60,438 nucleotides of DNA from the NCBI GenBank assembly GCA_945919165.1, contig CAMEIZ010000001.1, forward strand, positions 1 through 60,438, given 5' to 3'. This document shows, in pieces, positions 9,742 through 21,094 of the stretch. Below the pieces are notes generated by a model. It worked only from the letters and a program-made list of their open reading frames with translations, was not told where the DNA came from and searched no databases. Source of the DNA: an uncultured Traorella sp. GTDB lineage: Bacteria > Bacillota_I > Bacilli_A > Erysipelotrichales > Erysipelotrichaceae. Numbering within the stretch: the first letter of the stretch is position 1; every line of letters starts with the position of its first letter. Position numbers and translations under genes: made by a program.

Positions 9742-9752
9742 AATTTCCTCCT

Positions 9753-9970
9753 AATAAAAAAGAGGTATCGTATTAAAGGGACGATACCTCGCGTTGCCAC
9801 CCTTCTTGATATAAAAACTATATCATCTTAAAGTTATAACGGAACTACCGAAACTGACTACTGAATTCACCAGTTCACTCCCAGGTTGATTTCAATACTC
9901 TATACTAATGACTCGCACCTTTTGTCATCTCTCTTAAAGCTAGTTGCATTTACTTATCCTGATCATCGAT
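9753..9970 (-). promoter_or_regulatory. Serine T-box riboswitch
   Basis: AGAGA and GGTGCGAG stem I motifs, specifier GAAA-UCA-A (Ser), T-box AAGGGTGGCAACGCG, terminator GAGGTATCGT...ACGATACCTC-TTTTTT. Confidence 0.92.
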
Positions 9971-9988
9971 TTATTTGTTAATATTTAA

Positions 9989-12451
9989 TCACTCAATGTC
10001 TTCTTTGTCAATGATATCTTGAGATTCATCAGAATTTTCATCTTCTTTATCGACAATTGTAACTTTGCTTACAGTTGCATCTGTATCGCTTAAATTGATT
10101 AAACGAACACCTTTAGTATTACGTCCATATTCAGCCACTTTTTCCAAATTTAAACGAATAATAATACCTTCGCTGGTAATTATCATTGCATCTTCATTTC
10201 CATTTACAGCTCTTATAGAAGACAATCGTCCGGTTTGTTCAGATACGTTTACAGAAATGACTCCCTTACCACCACGATTGCATTTGCGATATTCTTCAAT
10301 CTCTGTTTTCTTACCATAACCTTTTTCAGTAACAGATAAGATAAACTTACCTTCTGTCGAAATAGCCATTCCTATAACTTCAGAGCCATCAACATTCATT
10401 CCTTTCACACCAAATGTTTTTCTTCCCATAGAGCGTACATCTTCTTCTGAGAAACGAACACATTTTCCATTTGTTGATGCAATCAAAATATCATCATGTC
10501 CTGTCGTACCTTTAACTGCAACTAATTCATCATCGTCATTTAATGCGATAGCAATCTTACCATTTTGACGAATGGATTCAAATTCAGATACTTCAGTTCT
10601 CTTTACAAGGCCTTTCTTAGTAACGAAGAATAAATATTTCACATTTTCATTTGGATGATATGGAACCATGGCTTGAATTTTTTCATTCTTTTCAATATTC
10701 AAAAGATTAATGATTGGCAAGCCTTTGCTGATTCTGCTTCCGGCAGGCAGCATAAATCCTTTCATTCTGAATACTTTTCCTGAATTAGTAAACATTAAGA
10801 TATAGTCGTGTGTGGACATATTAACCATTAAATCTACTTCATCATTTTCATTCATATTCAGTCCTTTGATTCCTTTTCCACCTCTATTCTGAGTTCGATA
10901 GGTAGAAAGAGGTATACGTTTAATATAACCCGTCTGAGTCATTGTAACTACAATGTTTTCTTCAGGAATCAATGATTCATCATCGATAAATTCAATGGCA
11001 GTCATGTCAATTTCAGTACGTCTTTCATCACCGAATTTATCCTTGATTTCTAAAAGTTCATCTTTAATAACCTTTAATATGTTTGCTTCACTTGAAAGAA
11101 TTTCCTTTAATTTTTCAACTGTCTTAGCTAATTCCAATAATTCATTTTCAATTTTTTCTCTTTCAAGTCCAACCAAACGCTTCATCTTCATTTCAAGAAT
11201 TGCAGTTGTTTGAGCATCACTTAAATGAAAATTGTCCATTAATCTGGTTTTAGCTTCTTCATCTGTTTTAGAAGAACGGATAATATTCAAAACTTCATCG
11301 ATATGATCTTGAGCTATTTTCAATCCTTCTAAGATATGCATCCTTTTCTGAGCAACTTCTAAATCATATCGAGTTCTGCGTTCAATGATTTCTTTTTGAT
11401 AATCAATGTATTTACGGATAATATCCAATAGACCAAGTGTTTTAGGAACTCCGTGATCCAACATTAATAAAATAATACCATAAGATGTTTGAAAAGCAGT
11501 ATGCTTATAAAGCTGATTTAAAACTACTTGAGGATTTGCATCTCTTTTTAATGTGATTGTTATTTTAATACCATTTTTTAAATCACTGTGATAATCTGCA
11601 ATACCTTCAATAGTTTTATTATGTACAAGTTCTGCAACTTTATTTTTTAATTCAGAAGTGTTAACACCATAAGGAACTTCATCAATAATAATCAGATTTT
11701 TTCCTTTTTCTTCTTCAATACGCGCGCGGCTTCTAATTGTAATAACACCACGGCCAGTTTCATAAGCTTTTTTAATACCACTATTACCAAGTATAATAGC
11801 ACCTGTAGGAAAGTCTGGTCCTTTAATGTATTGCATCATTTCTTCTAAAGTAATATCATGATTGTCAATATATGCAACACAACCATCGATCACTTCTTTT
11901 AAATTGTGAGGAGGTATATTGGTAGCCATACCCACTGCAATACCACTGGTTCCATTTACAAGAATATTTGGAAAACGAGAAGGAAGAATGGTAGGTTCTT
12001 TTTCGCTCTCATCGAAATTGACATCAAAATCAACCGTATTCTTATTAATATTTCTTAATAATTCTAACGAAATTTTTGATAAACGTGATTCTGTATATCG
12101 CATTGCAGCAGCGCCATATCCTTCAATATTTCCAAAGTTTCCATGTCCATCTACTAACATATAACGATATGAAAAATCCTGAGCCATACGAACCATAGCT
12201 TCATAAATACTGCTGTCTCCATGAGGATGATATTTCCCCATAACATCCCCTACGATTCTCGCACTTTTTTTATGAGGTTTGTCGGGAGTATATCCTGATT
12301 CATACATTGAATACAAAATTCTTCGATGTACAGGTTTTAAACCATCTCTCAGATCTGGTAAAGCACGAGAAACAATAACACTCATTGAATATTCTAGAAA
12401 GGAATCCTTGACTTCTTTGACAATATTGTTTTTTTCTAATCGATCCATCAA
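9989..12451 (-). CDS. gyrA: DNA gyrase subunit A
   Basis: [17 protein letters not shown] catalytic Tyr, GyrA-box QNRGGKG. Confidence 0.98.
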   Translation of the reverse strand: MMDRLEKNNIVKEVKDSFLEYSMSVIVSRALPDLRDGLKPVHRRILYSMYESGYTPDKPHKKSARIVGDVMGKYHPHGDSSIYEAMVRMAQDFSYRYMLVDGHGNFGNIEGYGAAAMRYTESRLSKISLELLRNINKNTVDFDVNFDESEKEPTILPSRFPNILVNGTSGIAVGMATNIPPHNLKEVIDGCVAYIDNHDITLEEMMQYIKGPDFPTGAIILGNSGIKKAYETGRGVITIRSRARIEEEKGKNLIIIDEVPYGVNTSELKNKVAELVHNKTIEGIADYHSDLKNGIKITITLKRDANPQVVLNQLYKHTAFQTSYGIILLMLDHGVPKTLGLLDIIRKYIDYQKEIIERRTRYDLEVAQKRMHILEGLKIAQDHIDEVLNIIRSSKTDEEAKTRLMDNFHLSDAQTTAILEMKMKRLVGLEREKIENELLELAKTVEKLKEILSSEANILKVIKDELLEIKDKFGDERRTEIDMTAIEFIDDESLIPEENIVVTMTQTGYIKRIPLSTYRTQNRGGKGIKGLNMNENDEVDLMVNMSTHDYILMFTNSGKVFRMKGFMLPAGSRISKGLPIINLLNIEKNEKIQAMVPYHPNENVKYLFFVTKKGLVKRTEVSEFESIRQNGKIAIALNDDDELVAVKGTTGHDDILIASTNGKCVRFSEEDVRSMGRKTFGVKGMNVDGSEVIGMAISTEGKFILSVTEKGYGKKTEIEEYRKCNRGGKGVISVNVSEQTGRLSSIRAVNGNEDAMIITSEGIIIRLNLEKVAEYGRNTKGVRLINLSDTDATVSKVTIVDKEDENSDESQDIIDKEDIE

Positions 12452-12463
12452 ATCATCCTCCTT

Positions 12464-14410
12464 TTAAATATCCAAATTTGTTACATATGTTGCATTAGAT
12501 TCAATAAACTGACGACGAGGTTCTACTTCTTCACCCATTAAAGTTGAAAAGATTTCATCTGCAGTCATCGTATCTTCCACAGTAATCTGACGTAAGATAC
12601 GTTTATTTATATCCATCGTTGTTTCATTTAATTCTTCTGCATCCATTTCACCTAAACCTTTCATACGATTAATTTCATATTTTGTATTTGGTGACAAAGA
12701 TGCCAAATATTCATCACGCTCAGCTTCATTTAATACATATTTAATTTTCTTTCCATGTTTAATAACAAATAAAGGCGGCTGAGCAGCATATACATGACCG
12801 CTTTCAACAATTGGTCGGAAGAATCGATAGAATAAAGTCAGAAGTAATACACGAATGTGACTACCGTCAACATCAGCATCCGTCATAATAATGATCTTAT
12901 CATATCTGAGCTTTGATAAATCAAATTCTTCGCCAATACCTGTTCCAAAAGCTGTAATGATTGTTCTTATTTCTTCATTTGATAAAGCTCGATCCAAACG
13001 TGCTTTTTCAACATTTAATATCTTACCTCGTAAAGGTAAAATAGCTTGAGTCATACTGTCTCTTCCTTTAACAGCACTTCCTCCGGCTGAATCCCCTTCG
13101 ACTAAGAATATTTCACATTCTCTTGCATTTTTACTCTTACAATCAGATAATTTACCATAGAAATTTGTAATATCTAAATCACCTTTACGACGTGTTAATT
13201 CTCTCGCCTTTTTGGCTGCCAATCTGGCTTTGCTTGCCAAAATAGTTTTTTCAATAATAGTTCTTGCCGTACTTGGATTTTCTAAAAAGAAACGTTCAAG
13301 CTGTTTTCCAAAAATACTTGAAACAATTTTTCTGACTTCAGAGTTACCAAGCTTTGTTTTTGTCTGTCCCTCATATTGAGGATCTGGATGCTTGACAGAA
13401 ATAATTGCTGTTAAACCTTCACGAACATCTTCGTTTGACAATGATTCATCCTTTTTTATGAGATTATTATCTCTTGCGTAATTATTAATGACACGAGTTA
13501 AAGCCAAACGGAAACCTTCCTCGTGTGTTCCTCCTTCACCAGTATTGATATTGTTACAGAATGAATAAATAGTAGGAATATATCCATTGTTGTATTGCAT
13601 AGCAACTTCACATAATACTTGTTCATCTTCACCTTCACAATAAACAATATCTTCATGAAGAGGATCTTTATTCTTATTTAAATAAGCAACATATTCCTTG
13701 ATACCTCCATTATAGAGATAATCAACCTTTTTCTCTTCCGGATCAAATTCGAAATGTAAATGAATTTCTTTATTTAAGAAAGCCAGCTGACGAATACGTT
13801 GATTAAGAGTATCAAAATCATATTCACAAGTTTCCTGAAATATTAAAGGATCCGCCTTAAAAGTAACAAGTGAACCATGTTTTAAAGGATCACAATCACC
13901 AACAACTTTTAAAGGTGCTTCAATATTACCGCCATGACTGAATCTTACAAAATATTCTTTTCCTTCATTGAAAATTGAAACAGTAAGCCATTCAGAAAGT
14001 GCATTAACAACAGAAGCTCCTACACCGTGCAAACCTCCGGAAACTTTATATGCTCCTCCGCCAAATTTTCCTCCAGCATGGAGAATTGTAAAAATTGTTT
14101 CAACAGCACTGATCCCACTTTTTGAATTAATTCCAACAGGCATTCCTCGGCCATTATCTTCAATTTCAACAATATGGTCTTTTGTCACATGAATTCTTAT
14201 ATCTGTTGCATATCCAGCTAAAGCTTCATCGATAGCATTATCAACAATTTCCCAAACTAAATGATGCAAACCTTTCTGTGAAGTAGATCCAATATACATT
14301 CCTGGTCGCTTACGAACAGCTTCAAGTCCTTCTAATACTTGAATGTCATCAGCTTCATAAGAATGTTCAACCTTTTCTTCTAAATCATAAACTTCATGTT
14401 TATCATCCAT
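12464..14410 (-). CDS. gyrB: DNA gyrase subunit B
   Basis: [35 protein letters not shown]. Confidence 0.98.
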   Translation of the reverse strand: MDDKHEVYDLEEKVEHSYEADDIQVLEGLEAVRKRPGMYIGSTSQKGLHHLVWEIVDNAIDEALAGYATDIRIHVTKDHIVEIEDNGRGMPVGINSKSGISAVETIFTILHAGGKFGGGAYKVSGGLHGVGASVVNALSEWLTVSIFNEGKEYFVRFSHGGNIEAPLKVVGDCDPLKHGSLVTFKADPLIFQETCEYDFDTLNQRIRQLAFLNKEIHLHFEFDPEEKKVDYLYNGGIKEYVAYLNKNKDPLHEDIVYCEGEDEQVLCEVAMQYNNGYIPTIYSFCNNINTGEGGTHEEGFRLALTRVINNYARDNNLIKKDESLSNEDVREGLTAIISVKHPDPQYEGQTKTKLGNSEVRKIVSSIFGKQLERFFLENPSTARTIIEKTILASKARLAAKKARELTRRKGDLDITNFYGKLSDCKSKNARECEIFLVEGDSAGGSAVKGRDSMTQAILPLRGKILNVEKARLDRALSNEEIRTIITAFGTGIGEEFDLSKLRYDKIIIMTDADVDGSHIRVLLLTLFYRFFRPIVESGHVYAAQPPLFVIKHGKKIKYVLNEAERDEYLASLSPNTKYEINRMKGLGEMDAEELNETTMDINKRILRQITVEDTMTADEIFSTLMGEEVEPRRQFIESNATYVTNLDI

Positions 14411-15503
14411 AAATATCCTCCTTTACCTCATTTCCATTTTCAATCATAATCATGTGAAAATCACGGTTATAATTCTTCTGAATTTTTTCAGTAGTGGAAA
14501 TAAATATCTGTATATTCTTTGGCAGTAAATCTAAAAGAGTTTCTCTTCTATTTTCATCAAGTTCACTAAAAACGTCATCTAATAATAAGATTGGTTCATC
14601 TTGAATGATCTTTTCAATCAATTTGACAATACCAATTTTTAATGCCAGTAAAATAGTTCTTTTTTGCCCCTGTGAAGCAAATTCTTCTGCATTTTTATCA
14701 TCAATCATTAAAATAAAATCATCTTTATGAATTCCTTTATCAGTTGTTTTCAGCAACATATCTTTTTCAACGTTATTTTGATAAAGCTGCATTATTTTCA
14801 AAGTCATCGATTTTTCATCATCAATTTCAATAAAAGTTTTATATACAATAGAAAACTTTGTTTGATCATCTGATAGCTGTTCATAAAATTTCTGACTTAC
14901 AGAAGTTAATTCAGAAAGAAAAACAGCTCGTTGATGAATGATGACGCTTTGAAGCTGTGCACATTTTTCATCAAGAATACTTAAATACTGAAGATCTACT
15001 TTTTCACTTTTTAGATAAGCATTACGCTGTTTTAAAAGATGATAAAATTCGTTGAGCTTATACATATAGCTCTTTGAACATTTTGACAACTCAATATCCA
15101 TGAATTTTCTTCTTACTTTTGGTTGTGCTGAAAAAAGATTCATGTCGTTTGGAGAAAAGATAACTGCATTCATAAAACCAACAAAATCACTGACTTTTCG
15201 AATAGGATTATGATACAAAAATAAATTCTTCCCTGATTTTGAGAAAATGCACATCATTTCAATTTCATGATTTTTCTTAAATAATGAAGCTTCAATTTTG
15301 AAAGCTTCATTGTTTTTTTGAATCAGACATTCATCTTCAACATTGCGATGAGTTTTTGTTGTCGAACAATAATAAATACTTTCAATCAGATTGGTTTTAC
15401 CCTGTGCATTTCTGCCCACAATGTAATTAATACCATTTCCAAAATAAAAAGTATTATTCTCATAATTACGGAAATGAACTAAATGAATTTTTTTCAGAAT
15501 CAT
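14403..15503 (-). CDS. recF: DNA replication/repair protein RecF
   Basis: [26 protein letters not shown]. Confidence 0.96.
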   Translation of the reverse strand: MILKKIHLVHFRNYENNTFYFGNGINYIVGRNAQGKTNLIESIYYCSTTKTHRNVEDECLIQKNNEAFKIEASLFKKNHEIEMMCIFSKSGKNLFLYHNPIRKVSDFVGFMNAVIFSPNDMNLFSAQPKVRRKFMDIELSKCSKSYMYKLNEFYHLLKQRNAYLKSEKVDLQYLSILDEKCAQLQSVIIHQRAVFLSELTSVSQKFYEQLSDDQTKFSIVYKTFIEIDDEKSMTLKIMQLYQNNVEKDMLLKTTDKGIHKDDFILMIDDKNAEEFASQGQKRTILLALKIGIVKLIEKIIQDEPILLLDDVFSELDENRRETLLDLLPKNIQIFISTTEKIQKNYNRDFHMIMIENGNEVKEDIYG

Positions 15504-15706
15504 TTCACTAACTCAATTTTATTTCCTTCAACGACAATAATATCCCCGGCAAACAGTTTTCTGCCTCTACGGTTTTCACTAACACCATTCACCAGAATAT
15601 TCATCTCTTTTACAGCAAATTTGGCTTCTCCGCCGGAAGAAATAAAATCTGCAATTTTTAATAATTGACCTAATGTTATGTATTCTTTATTCAGTTCAAT
15701 TTTCAT
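15500..15706 (-). CDS. yaaA: S4 domain protein YaaA
   Basis: YITLGQLLK..SGGEAK..ENRRGRKL; between dnaN and recF. Confidence 0.93.
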   Translation of the reverse strand: MKIELNKEYITLGQLLKIADFISSGGEAKFAVKEMNILVNGVSENRRGRKLFAGDIIVVEGNKIELVK

Positions 15707-15772
15707 TTATGACTCCTTTTCTCATCCTTTTAATTATAACATAATTCCACCGTTTTTTGTGAATTATAATAA

Positions 15773-15799
15773 GAAAAAGCCCGATTATTTCATCGGGCT
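15773..15799 (-). terminator. Terminator after dnaN
   Basis: AGCCCGAT-GAAATA-ATCGGGCT-TTTTCTT. Confidence 0.8.
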
Positions 15800-15804
15800 A
15801 ACTT

Positions 15805-16923
15805 TTAAGCATAAGTTCTAAGAGGCAGGATCAGTTGAATGAGTGAATGATCTTCAACATTTTGCACAATAAATGGTTTCATTTCACCTGAGAAAGAAAA
15901 ACGAACTTTTCCTTTATTGATTACTTTTAAAGCATCAAATACATATAATCCATTAAAAGAGATATCTAAATGTTCACCTTTAAATACACCATTCTTTAAA
16001 TTTTCTTTGCTTGAACCAACTTCCTGAGCACGACTTGAAAGCAGGCATTCATTTTCATCTAAAGAAAGTTTAATAACGCTGACACCATCGTTCTTAATAA
16101 AGCTGGCACGATCAATAGCACTCAAAATTTCCTGAGAATCAATTTCCAGTTCATAATTAAAACTTACTGGAATCAAACGTTCAGTTTCTGGAAAAACACC
16201 ATCAATCAAACGAGTCTGAATAAGAGTATCAGCGATCACAAATTGAGCTTTTTTATCACTGACGCTGATCATAACAGTTTCATCTAAATCAAGTGTTTTC
16301 ATCACTTCAATGAGATTTCTAGCAGGGATAGTAATGTTAAAGCTTAAATTCTCATCTAAATCAACAGTTTTCTTTGCCAGTCGATAAGAATCTGTAGCAA
16401 TACAATTCAAACGTGCATTAGAGCAATTAAAATTTACACCCGTTAAAACAGGTCGTGTTTCACTTTTACTGGTAGCAAAAGTAGTTTGAGATATAATTTC
16501 TTTTAATACATCACTATTCATCTCAAATCTCATCGTAGGACAATTGAAATCAATATTAGGATATTCATTAGCTCTCATTCCGTTAATTTTAAATTCACTT
16601 GTTTCAGATTTAATTTTAGCACTAGCATTCTCAATCATCTCAAATTCAATTTCGTCTGAATTCATTTTTCTTATAATTTCCAAAATGTATTTTGATTCAA
16701 TAACGATACTTCCTGTTTCTTTAATTGAAAGAGATTTTTCTTTATTCATTCGAACGATTGTTTTAATTGAAATGTCAGAATCACTTCCAACTAAAACAAG
16801 ACAATCTGGCTTTGCTTCAATTTTAATACCACTAAAAGCAGGAAGTGGTGAAAAGTTTGAAATAGCTCGTGAAGCAATTTGAAGTGCATTGTAGAATACT
16901 GTTTTAGAAATTTTAAAATTCAT
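15805..16923 (-). CDS. dnaN: DNA polymerase III beta clamp
   Basis: ETRPVLTGV, ATDSYRLA, C-terminal QLILPLR. Confidence 0.97.
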   Translation of the reverse strand: MNFKISKTVFYNALQIASRAISNFSPLPAFSGIKIEAKPDCLVLVGSDSDISIKTIVRMNKEKSLSIKETGSIVIESKYILEIIRKMNSDEIEFEMIENASAKIKSETSEFKINGMRANEYPNIDFNCPTMRFEMNSDVLKEIISQTTFATSKSETRPVLTGVNFNCSNARLNCIATDSYRLAKKTVDLDENLSFNITIPARNLIEVMKTLDLDETVMISVSDKKAQFVIADTLIQTRLIDGVFPETERLIPVSFNYELEIDSQEILSAIDRASFIKNDGVSVIKLSLDENECLLSSRAQEVGSSKENLKNGVFKGEHLDISFNGLYVFDALKVINKGKVRFSFSGEMKPFIVQNVEDHSLIQLILPLRTYA

Positions 16924-16939
16924 GGTGTGCCTCCTTTTA

Positions 16940-17053
16940 TTTTATTTAAATGTATAATAATAATTAGGGCTGTGGAATTGTGGAAAAGTTAAAAAAACGC
17001 GCAATTTAAGCCATAATTTATCACCCAATCTTATGTTGATCATGTGGAATAGT
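16940..17053. other. oriC downstream part (dnaA-dnaN) with basal unwinding system
   Basis: Minus strand TTTTCCACA-ATTCCACA-GCCC-TAATTATTATTA then AT-rich: tandem boxes, GC motif, DnaA-trio-like repeats; third box at 17043-17051. Confidence 0.85.
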
Positions 17054-18400
17054 TTAAAAACCAAGTTTCTTTTCTATTTTGCTGACAGCACTGGCAAACA
17101 TTTCTTTTTCTTTTATAAGTTTTGATACCTTCTCATAGCTGGTAATAATCGTTGAATGATCTCTTCCTCCAAATTCGGCACCAATTTTCGCAAAAGGCAT
17201 GTCTAAATGTTTACGACATAAATAAATTGCGATGTGTCGAGCATTCGAAACATTTGTAGTTTTTGTTTTGCTTTCCAGTTGAGTACGGGTAAGACCATAA
17301 AAATCACAAACAGCTTTTTTAATTTTAGAAACAGATAAATTCCCTGGTGATTTGTGGTTTGGATCATCTTTAAAGGCTAGAATAGCAAAATCAAGGTCGA
17401 TAATTGGTGGATTATACAGAATTGCTTTAAATATAAGTTTATTTAAATTTCCTTCTAGTTCTCGAACATCGTTGGAATAGGTTGTTGCTATATATTCAAG
17501 TACTGAATTTTCTATTAATATTTGTTCATTTCTTTCCTCTAGCTTCTTTTGCAGAATGGCTAAAGATGTTTCAAATTCAGGTGAATCAATGCCAACTGAT
17601 AGACCAGAAGTAAAACGAGAAATTAAACGATTTTCAATACCTTTTAGTTCTGTAGGATGAATATCACTGGTTAAAACAATCTGCTTGCCTTTCGCAAACA
17701 AATTATTATAAAGATTAAAGAATATTTCCTGGCTTCTTTCCCCTTGTTTTAAACGTTGGATATCATCAATTAATAAATAATCCGCTTCTTCAATAATTCG
17801 TTTCACTTCTTCAATTGTTTTATCACGAATACTGTTAACAATTAATGAAATAAAATCTTCACTGTAAATATAAATAACTTTCTTTTCAGGAGAATGTTCT
17901 TTCACATAATTGCCAATGGCATGGAGAAGATGAGTTTTTCCAAGACCACTGTTTCCATAAATGAATAAAGGATTGAAAAATTCTCCAGGATTGACTGCAC
18001 ATGAGAGAGCAGCAGCTTGGCTTTCTCTGTTAGAATGACCAACTACAAAATTATCAAATGTATATTTATCCAATAATTTGTCTTCAAGAATAATCTTTTT
18101 GCTTTCTTCATTCATTTCAGAATAATCTTTGATATCTTTCTTTTGACAGAATGTTACTTTCATAGGTGTTTCCATAACATCACTAAGAACATTTTCAATT
18201 ATCTGAGCATTTTTTTCAAAAACCTGTTGGGAAACAAAAGTAGAGGTCAATACAACAGCACTGTTATTTGATATATCATAAAGCTTTGAATCAGCGATAT
18301 ATGAATGAAATATGGATGTATCAAAAAAAGCACCGGTTTGAATTTGTTCCAGTGTTTTTTGCCAAATAAGTTGTAAAGAATTCTTTGAATAGTTTGACAT
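17054..18400 (-). CDS. dnaA: Chromosomal replication initiator DnaA
   Basis: YTFDNFVVG, GNSGLGKTHL, LLIDDIQ, VRELEG, GGRDHST. Confidence 0.98.
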   Translation of the reverse strand: MSNYSKNSLQLIWQKTLEQIQTGAFFDTSIFHSYIADSKLYDISNNSAVVLTSTFVSQQVFEKNAQIIENVLSDVMETPMKVTFCQKKDIKDYSEMNEESKKIILEDKLLDKYTFDNFVVGHSNRESQAAALSCAVNPGEFFNPLFIYGNSGLGKTHLLHAIGNYVKEHSPEKKVIYIYSEDFISLIVNSIRDKTIEEVKRIIEEADYLLIDDIQRLKQGERSQEIFFNLYNNLFAKGKQIVLTSDIHPTELKGIENRLISRFTSGLSVGIDSPEFETSLAILQKKLEERNEQILIENSVLEYIATTYSNDVRELEGNLNKLIFKAILYNPPIIDLDFAILAFKDDPNHKSPGNLSVSKIKKAVCDFYGLTRTQLESKTKTTNVSNARHIAIYLCRKHLDMPFAKIGAEFGGRDHSTIITSYEKVSKLIKEKEMFASAVSKIEKKLGF

Positions 18401-18526
18401 TATAACCCCTTGATTGCATGTATATTCTAAAACAAATCTAAGTAAAATACTAGATAAAAATTTTCTCGACAGAAGAATTCAACAATTCAATGATAAAAAA
18501 AGAATGATAAAATAAGCGATTTTGAT

Positions 18527-18780
18527 AAATTCCACATAATGATAATGTGGAATTTTTGTGGAAAAAGATGTGTGGAAAATCAAATTGTGGAAACTGTGGA
18601 AAACATATGTGGAAATCAAGATAGATTTCCACATATTAAACAAGCAAAAAAGCCTAATTTTAAAGGATAATTTAGAGTTTTAATGAATTCCACATAAGCT
18701 GAAATGAGTAAAAATAAAAATCTTCAATTTCTCCACATTCATTATTTATTATGTGGAAAAGAGAATATAACTATTCCACA
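18527..18780. other. oriC upstream part: cluster of 12 DnaA-box-like 9-mers
   Basis: TCCACA/TGTGGA-core boxes starting at 18528, 18546, 18557, 18571, 18586, 18595, 18608, 18625, 18686, 18729, 18752, 18772. Confidence 0.88.
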
Positions 18781-18922
18781 TTAATATAAAAAATTGATAG
18801 AATTGAATTAGAAAAGATAAACATGTCAGAAAAATTTTCAATTGACTTTACCATAATTGTTTTGTATAATCTATAAGCAATGTTCTATTTGTAAAAGTAA
18901 ATTTGAAAGTGGAGGTGTCAAT

Positions 18923-19057
18923 ATGAAAAGAACATATCAACCAAGTAAAAGAAAACACCAAACGACCCACGGTTTTAGAGCTCGTATGAAAACAGTTGGA
19001 GGACGCAACGTTCTCGCTCGTCGTCGCGCTAAAGGAAGAAAAGTGTTGTCAGCTTAA
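18923..19057 (+). CDS. rpmH: 50S ribosomal protein L34
   Basis: [22 protein letters not shown]...; GGAGGT RBS; TTGACT...TATAAT promoter at about 18842-18870. Confidence 0.98.
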   Translation: MKRTYQPSKRKHQTTHGFRARMKTVGGRNVLARRRAKGRKVLSA

Positions 19058-19084
19058 AAAATCATCGAAAGATGATTTTTTTTT
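19056..19084 (+). terminator. Terminator after rpmH
   Basis: AAAAAATCATC-GAAA-GATGATTTTTTTTT. Confidence 0.85.
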
Positions 19085-19091
19085 GTTCTGA

Positions 19092-19100
19092 TGGTATAAT
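19092..19100 (+). promoter_or_regulatory. Extended -10 promoter for the radical SAM-rnpA-yidC-jag unit
   Basis: TGGTATAAT ending 6 nt before ATG 19107; no SD sequence. Confidence 0.65.
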
Positions 19101-19106
19101 TTCTAT

Positions 19107-20762
19107 ATGAAAATTTTATTGACCACATTGAATGCAAAATACATCCATAAAAATCTGGCATTAAGATGGCTGTATGTCAGCTCACCAATGAAAGAAAGTA
19201 CAACCTTAAAAGAATATACAATCAATGATGATTTGAGTCTGATTGCTAAAGACATTTTAAAGGATCATTATGATGTTATCTGTTTTTCCTGTTATATTTG
19301 GAATATTGAACAGACAAAAGAAATTATTTCAATGATTAAAAAATCATCAAATTGTAAGATACTGCTTGGCGGACCAGAAGTGAGTTATGAAAGTGAATAT
19401 TTACTTGATGAAGGTGTAGATGCCATTTGTCTTGGTGAAGGAGAAAAAGCAAACTGGGAATATATTTCATCAATTAATAATCCTCATGAAATTCAAGGAA
19501 TCATGACAAAAGAGTTTATGAATAAGGAATATGCATATGCAGATCTTTCAGAAAATGAAACTTATGAAAATCCTTATTTTCTGGAATTTGATCAAAAGGA
19601 TATAAAAAATCGTTATCTTTATCTTGAGACATCGAGAGGATGTCCTTATAATTGTGCTTATTGTTTAAGTTCAACTGATAAAAAAATACAAATGTTTTCA
19701 GATGATTATGTGATTTCAACACTTGAAAAAATATCTCATTTAGAAGTTCAACAAGTAAAGCTTTTAGATAGAACTTTTAATTGTATGCCGCAACGTGCAT
19801 TGAAAATAGCACGTTTTATGAATGAAAAATGTAAAAATCAAATTTTTCAATTTGAAATAGTTGCTGAAACATTAAATAAAGAATTATTAGATTTTTTTCT
19901 TTATGAAGCGGATAAAAAAAGGTTTCGTTTTGAAGTAGGAGTTCAATCGTTTAATCAAAAAACTTTGAAAGCTGTGGGAAGAAATCAAGATAATGAAAAA
20001 CTCAAAACTGTAATAAATAAAATGGTAAATGCAGGATGTATATTACATGTGGATTTAATTGCGGGTTTACCTTATGAAGATATTCAATCTTTTAAAAATT
20101 CTTTTAACGAGTTATTTGAGTGTCATGCTGCTGAGCTGCAGTGTGGAATTTTAAAACTCTTGAAAGGTACTTCATTAAAGAAAAAAGGAAATGAATATGG
20201 ATATATTTATGATCAAAAACCGCCTTATTCTATATTAAAAACAAATTGGCTGAGTGAGGAAGATTTAAAGAAAATTAATGATGTTGCATATGGATGTGAA
20301 AAATTCTATAATTGTGGGAAAATGAATCGGAGTATTGATTTACTTTTAAAACTTGGATATTATGACAATGCTTTTGATTTATTTTATGAGTGTGGAAAGA
20401 AATTAAAAGAAAAAAGAAATCAGTATCATGACCATGATTTATTTATGATCTTAAGATCTTGTCTGAATGATGATTTAGTTAGTGATGCTATATTAATGAG
20501 TGATTACATGTCGTTGTATAAACAAAAACCTAAAAGATTGTCATTTAGATCAGTTTCAAATGATGAAATGAAAAAATGTTATGAAAGATTGATAGAAAAT
20601 CAATTATCTACACAAAATGAATGTTATCATTATGGAAGAGTGGAATATTATTATGATGATGAAATCTGTTATCAGGTTTTAATTTATAATGCTAATCATT
20701 CATATCCAAAGCGATGGATTCTGAAGGAGAAAGAACTTTATGAAAAAAAGCTTACGCGTTAG
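19107..20762 (+). CDS. B12-binding radical SAM protein (probable C-terminal DUF4080)
   Basis: LNAKYIH, FSCYIWN, LGGPEVS, GEGE cobalamin domain; ETSRGCPYNCAYC CxxxCxxC. Confidence 0.9.
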   Translation: MKILLTTLNAKYIHKNLALRWLYVSSPMKESTTLKEYTINDDLSLIAKDILKDHYDVICFSCYIWNIEQTKEIISMIKKSSNCKILLGGPEVSYESEYLLDEGVDAICLGEGEKANWEYISSINNPHEIQGIMTKEFMNKEYAYADLSENETYENPYFLEFDQKDIKNRYLYLETSRGCPYNCAYCLSSTDKKIQMFSDDYVISTLEKISHLEVQQVKLLDRTFNCMPQRALKIARFMNEKCKNQIFQFEIVAETLNKELLDFFLYEADKKRFRFEVGVQSFNQKTLKAVGRNQDNEKLKTVINKMVNAGCILHVDLIAGLPYEDIQSFKNSFNELFECHAAELQCGILKLLKGTSLKKKGNEYGYIYDQKPPYSILKTNWLSEEDLKKINDVAYGCEKFYNCGKMNRSIDLLLKLGYYDNAFDLFYECGKKLKEKRNQYHDHDLFMILRSCLNDDLVSDAILMSDYMSLYKQKPKRLSFRSVSNDEMKKCYERLIENQLSTQNECYHYGRVEYYYDDEICYQVLIYNANHSYPKRWILKEKELYEKKLTR

Positions 20763-21066
20763 AAAAAGCCAAGAGTTTTCTGATATCATAAAAGAACGTC
20801 ATTATTATTCTTCACCAGTAATGACCCTATATGTGAAAAAGAAAAAAGAAGAGGTCAATCGGGTTGGTATTTCAGTAGGAAAGAAGATTGGAAATGCAGT
20901 AATAAGGAACAAAGTGAAACGTCAGTTGCGAATGATGATACAGGAAACTTATACATTTGAGGAGAATTTTGATACTATTATCCTAGTTCGAGAGAAATTT
21001 ACGCAAGAAAATTATGAATCTAACAAAAAAGTATTGGAAATACTCTTAAAAAAAGTTAAAATATAG
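20740..21066 (+). CDS. rnpA: Ribonuclease P protein component
   Basis: RVGISVGKKIGNAVIRNKVKRQLR (RNR motif). Confidence 0.96.
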   Translation: MKKSLRVRKSQEFSDIIKERHYYSSPVMTLYVKKKKEEVNRVGISVGKKIGNAVIRNKVKRQLRMMIQETYTFEENFDTIILVREKFTQENYESNKKVLEILLKKVKI

Positions 21067-21094
21067 TGGTGATTTTGCACATGAGGAGACGAAA

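Noticed and set aside
12200-12235. GyrA quinolone-resistance region
   Set aside because: [10 protein letters not shown] has wild-type Ser and Glu; no resistance substitution
10065-16882. Several 60-112 aa plus-strand ORFs opposite gyrA, gyrB and dnaN
   Set aside because: Antisense shadows of conserved genes with no RBS or motifs; the same applies to the short ORFs opposite or inside nadE, PTS IIC, mfd and others
18450-18632. 60-aa ORF upstream of dnaA; repeat cluster considered as CRISPR or iterons
   Set aside because: By-product of DnaA-box repeats; no constant repeat-spacer period
18857-18922. N-terminal extension of L34 in the ORF track
   Set aside because: Promoter and GGAGGT RBS place the start at 18923
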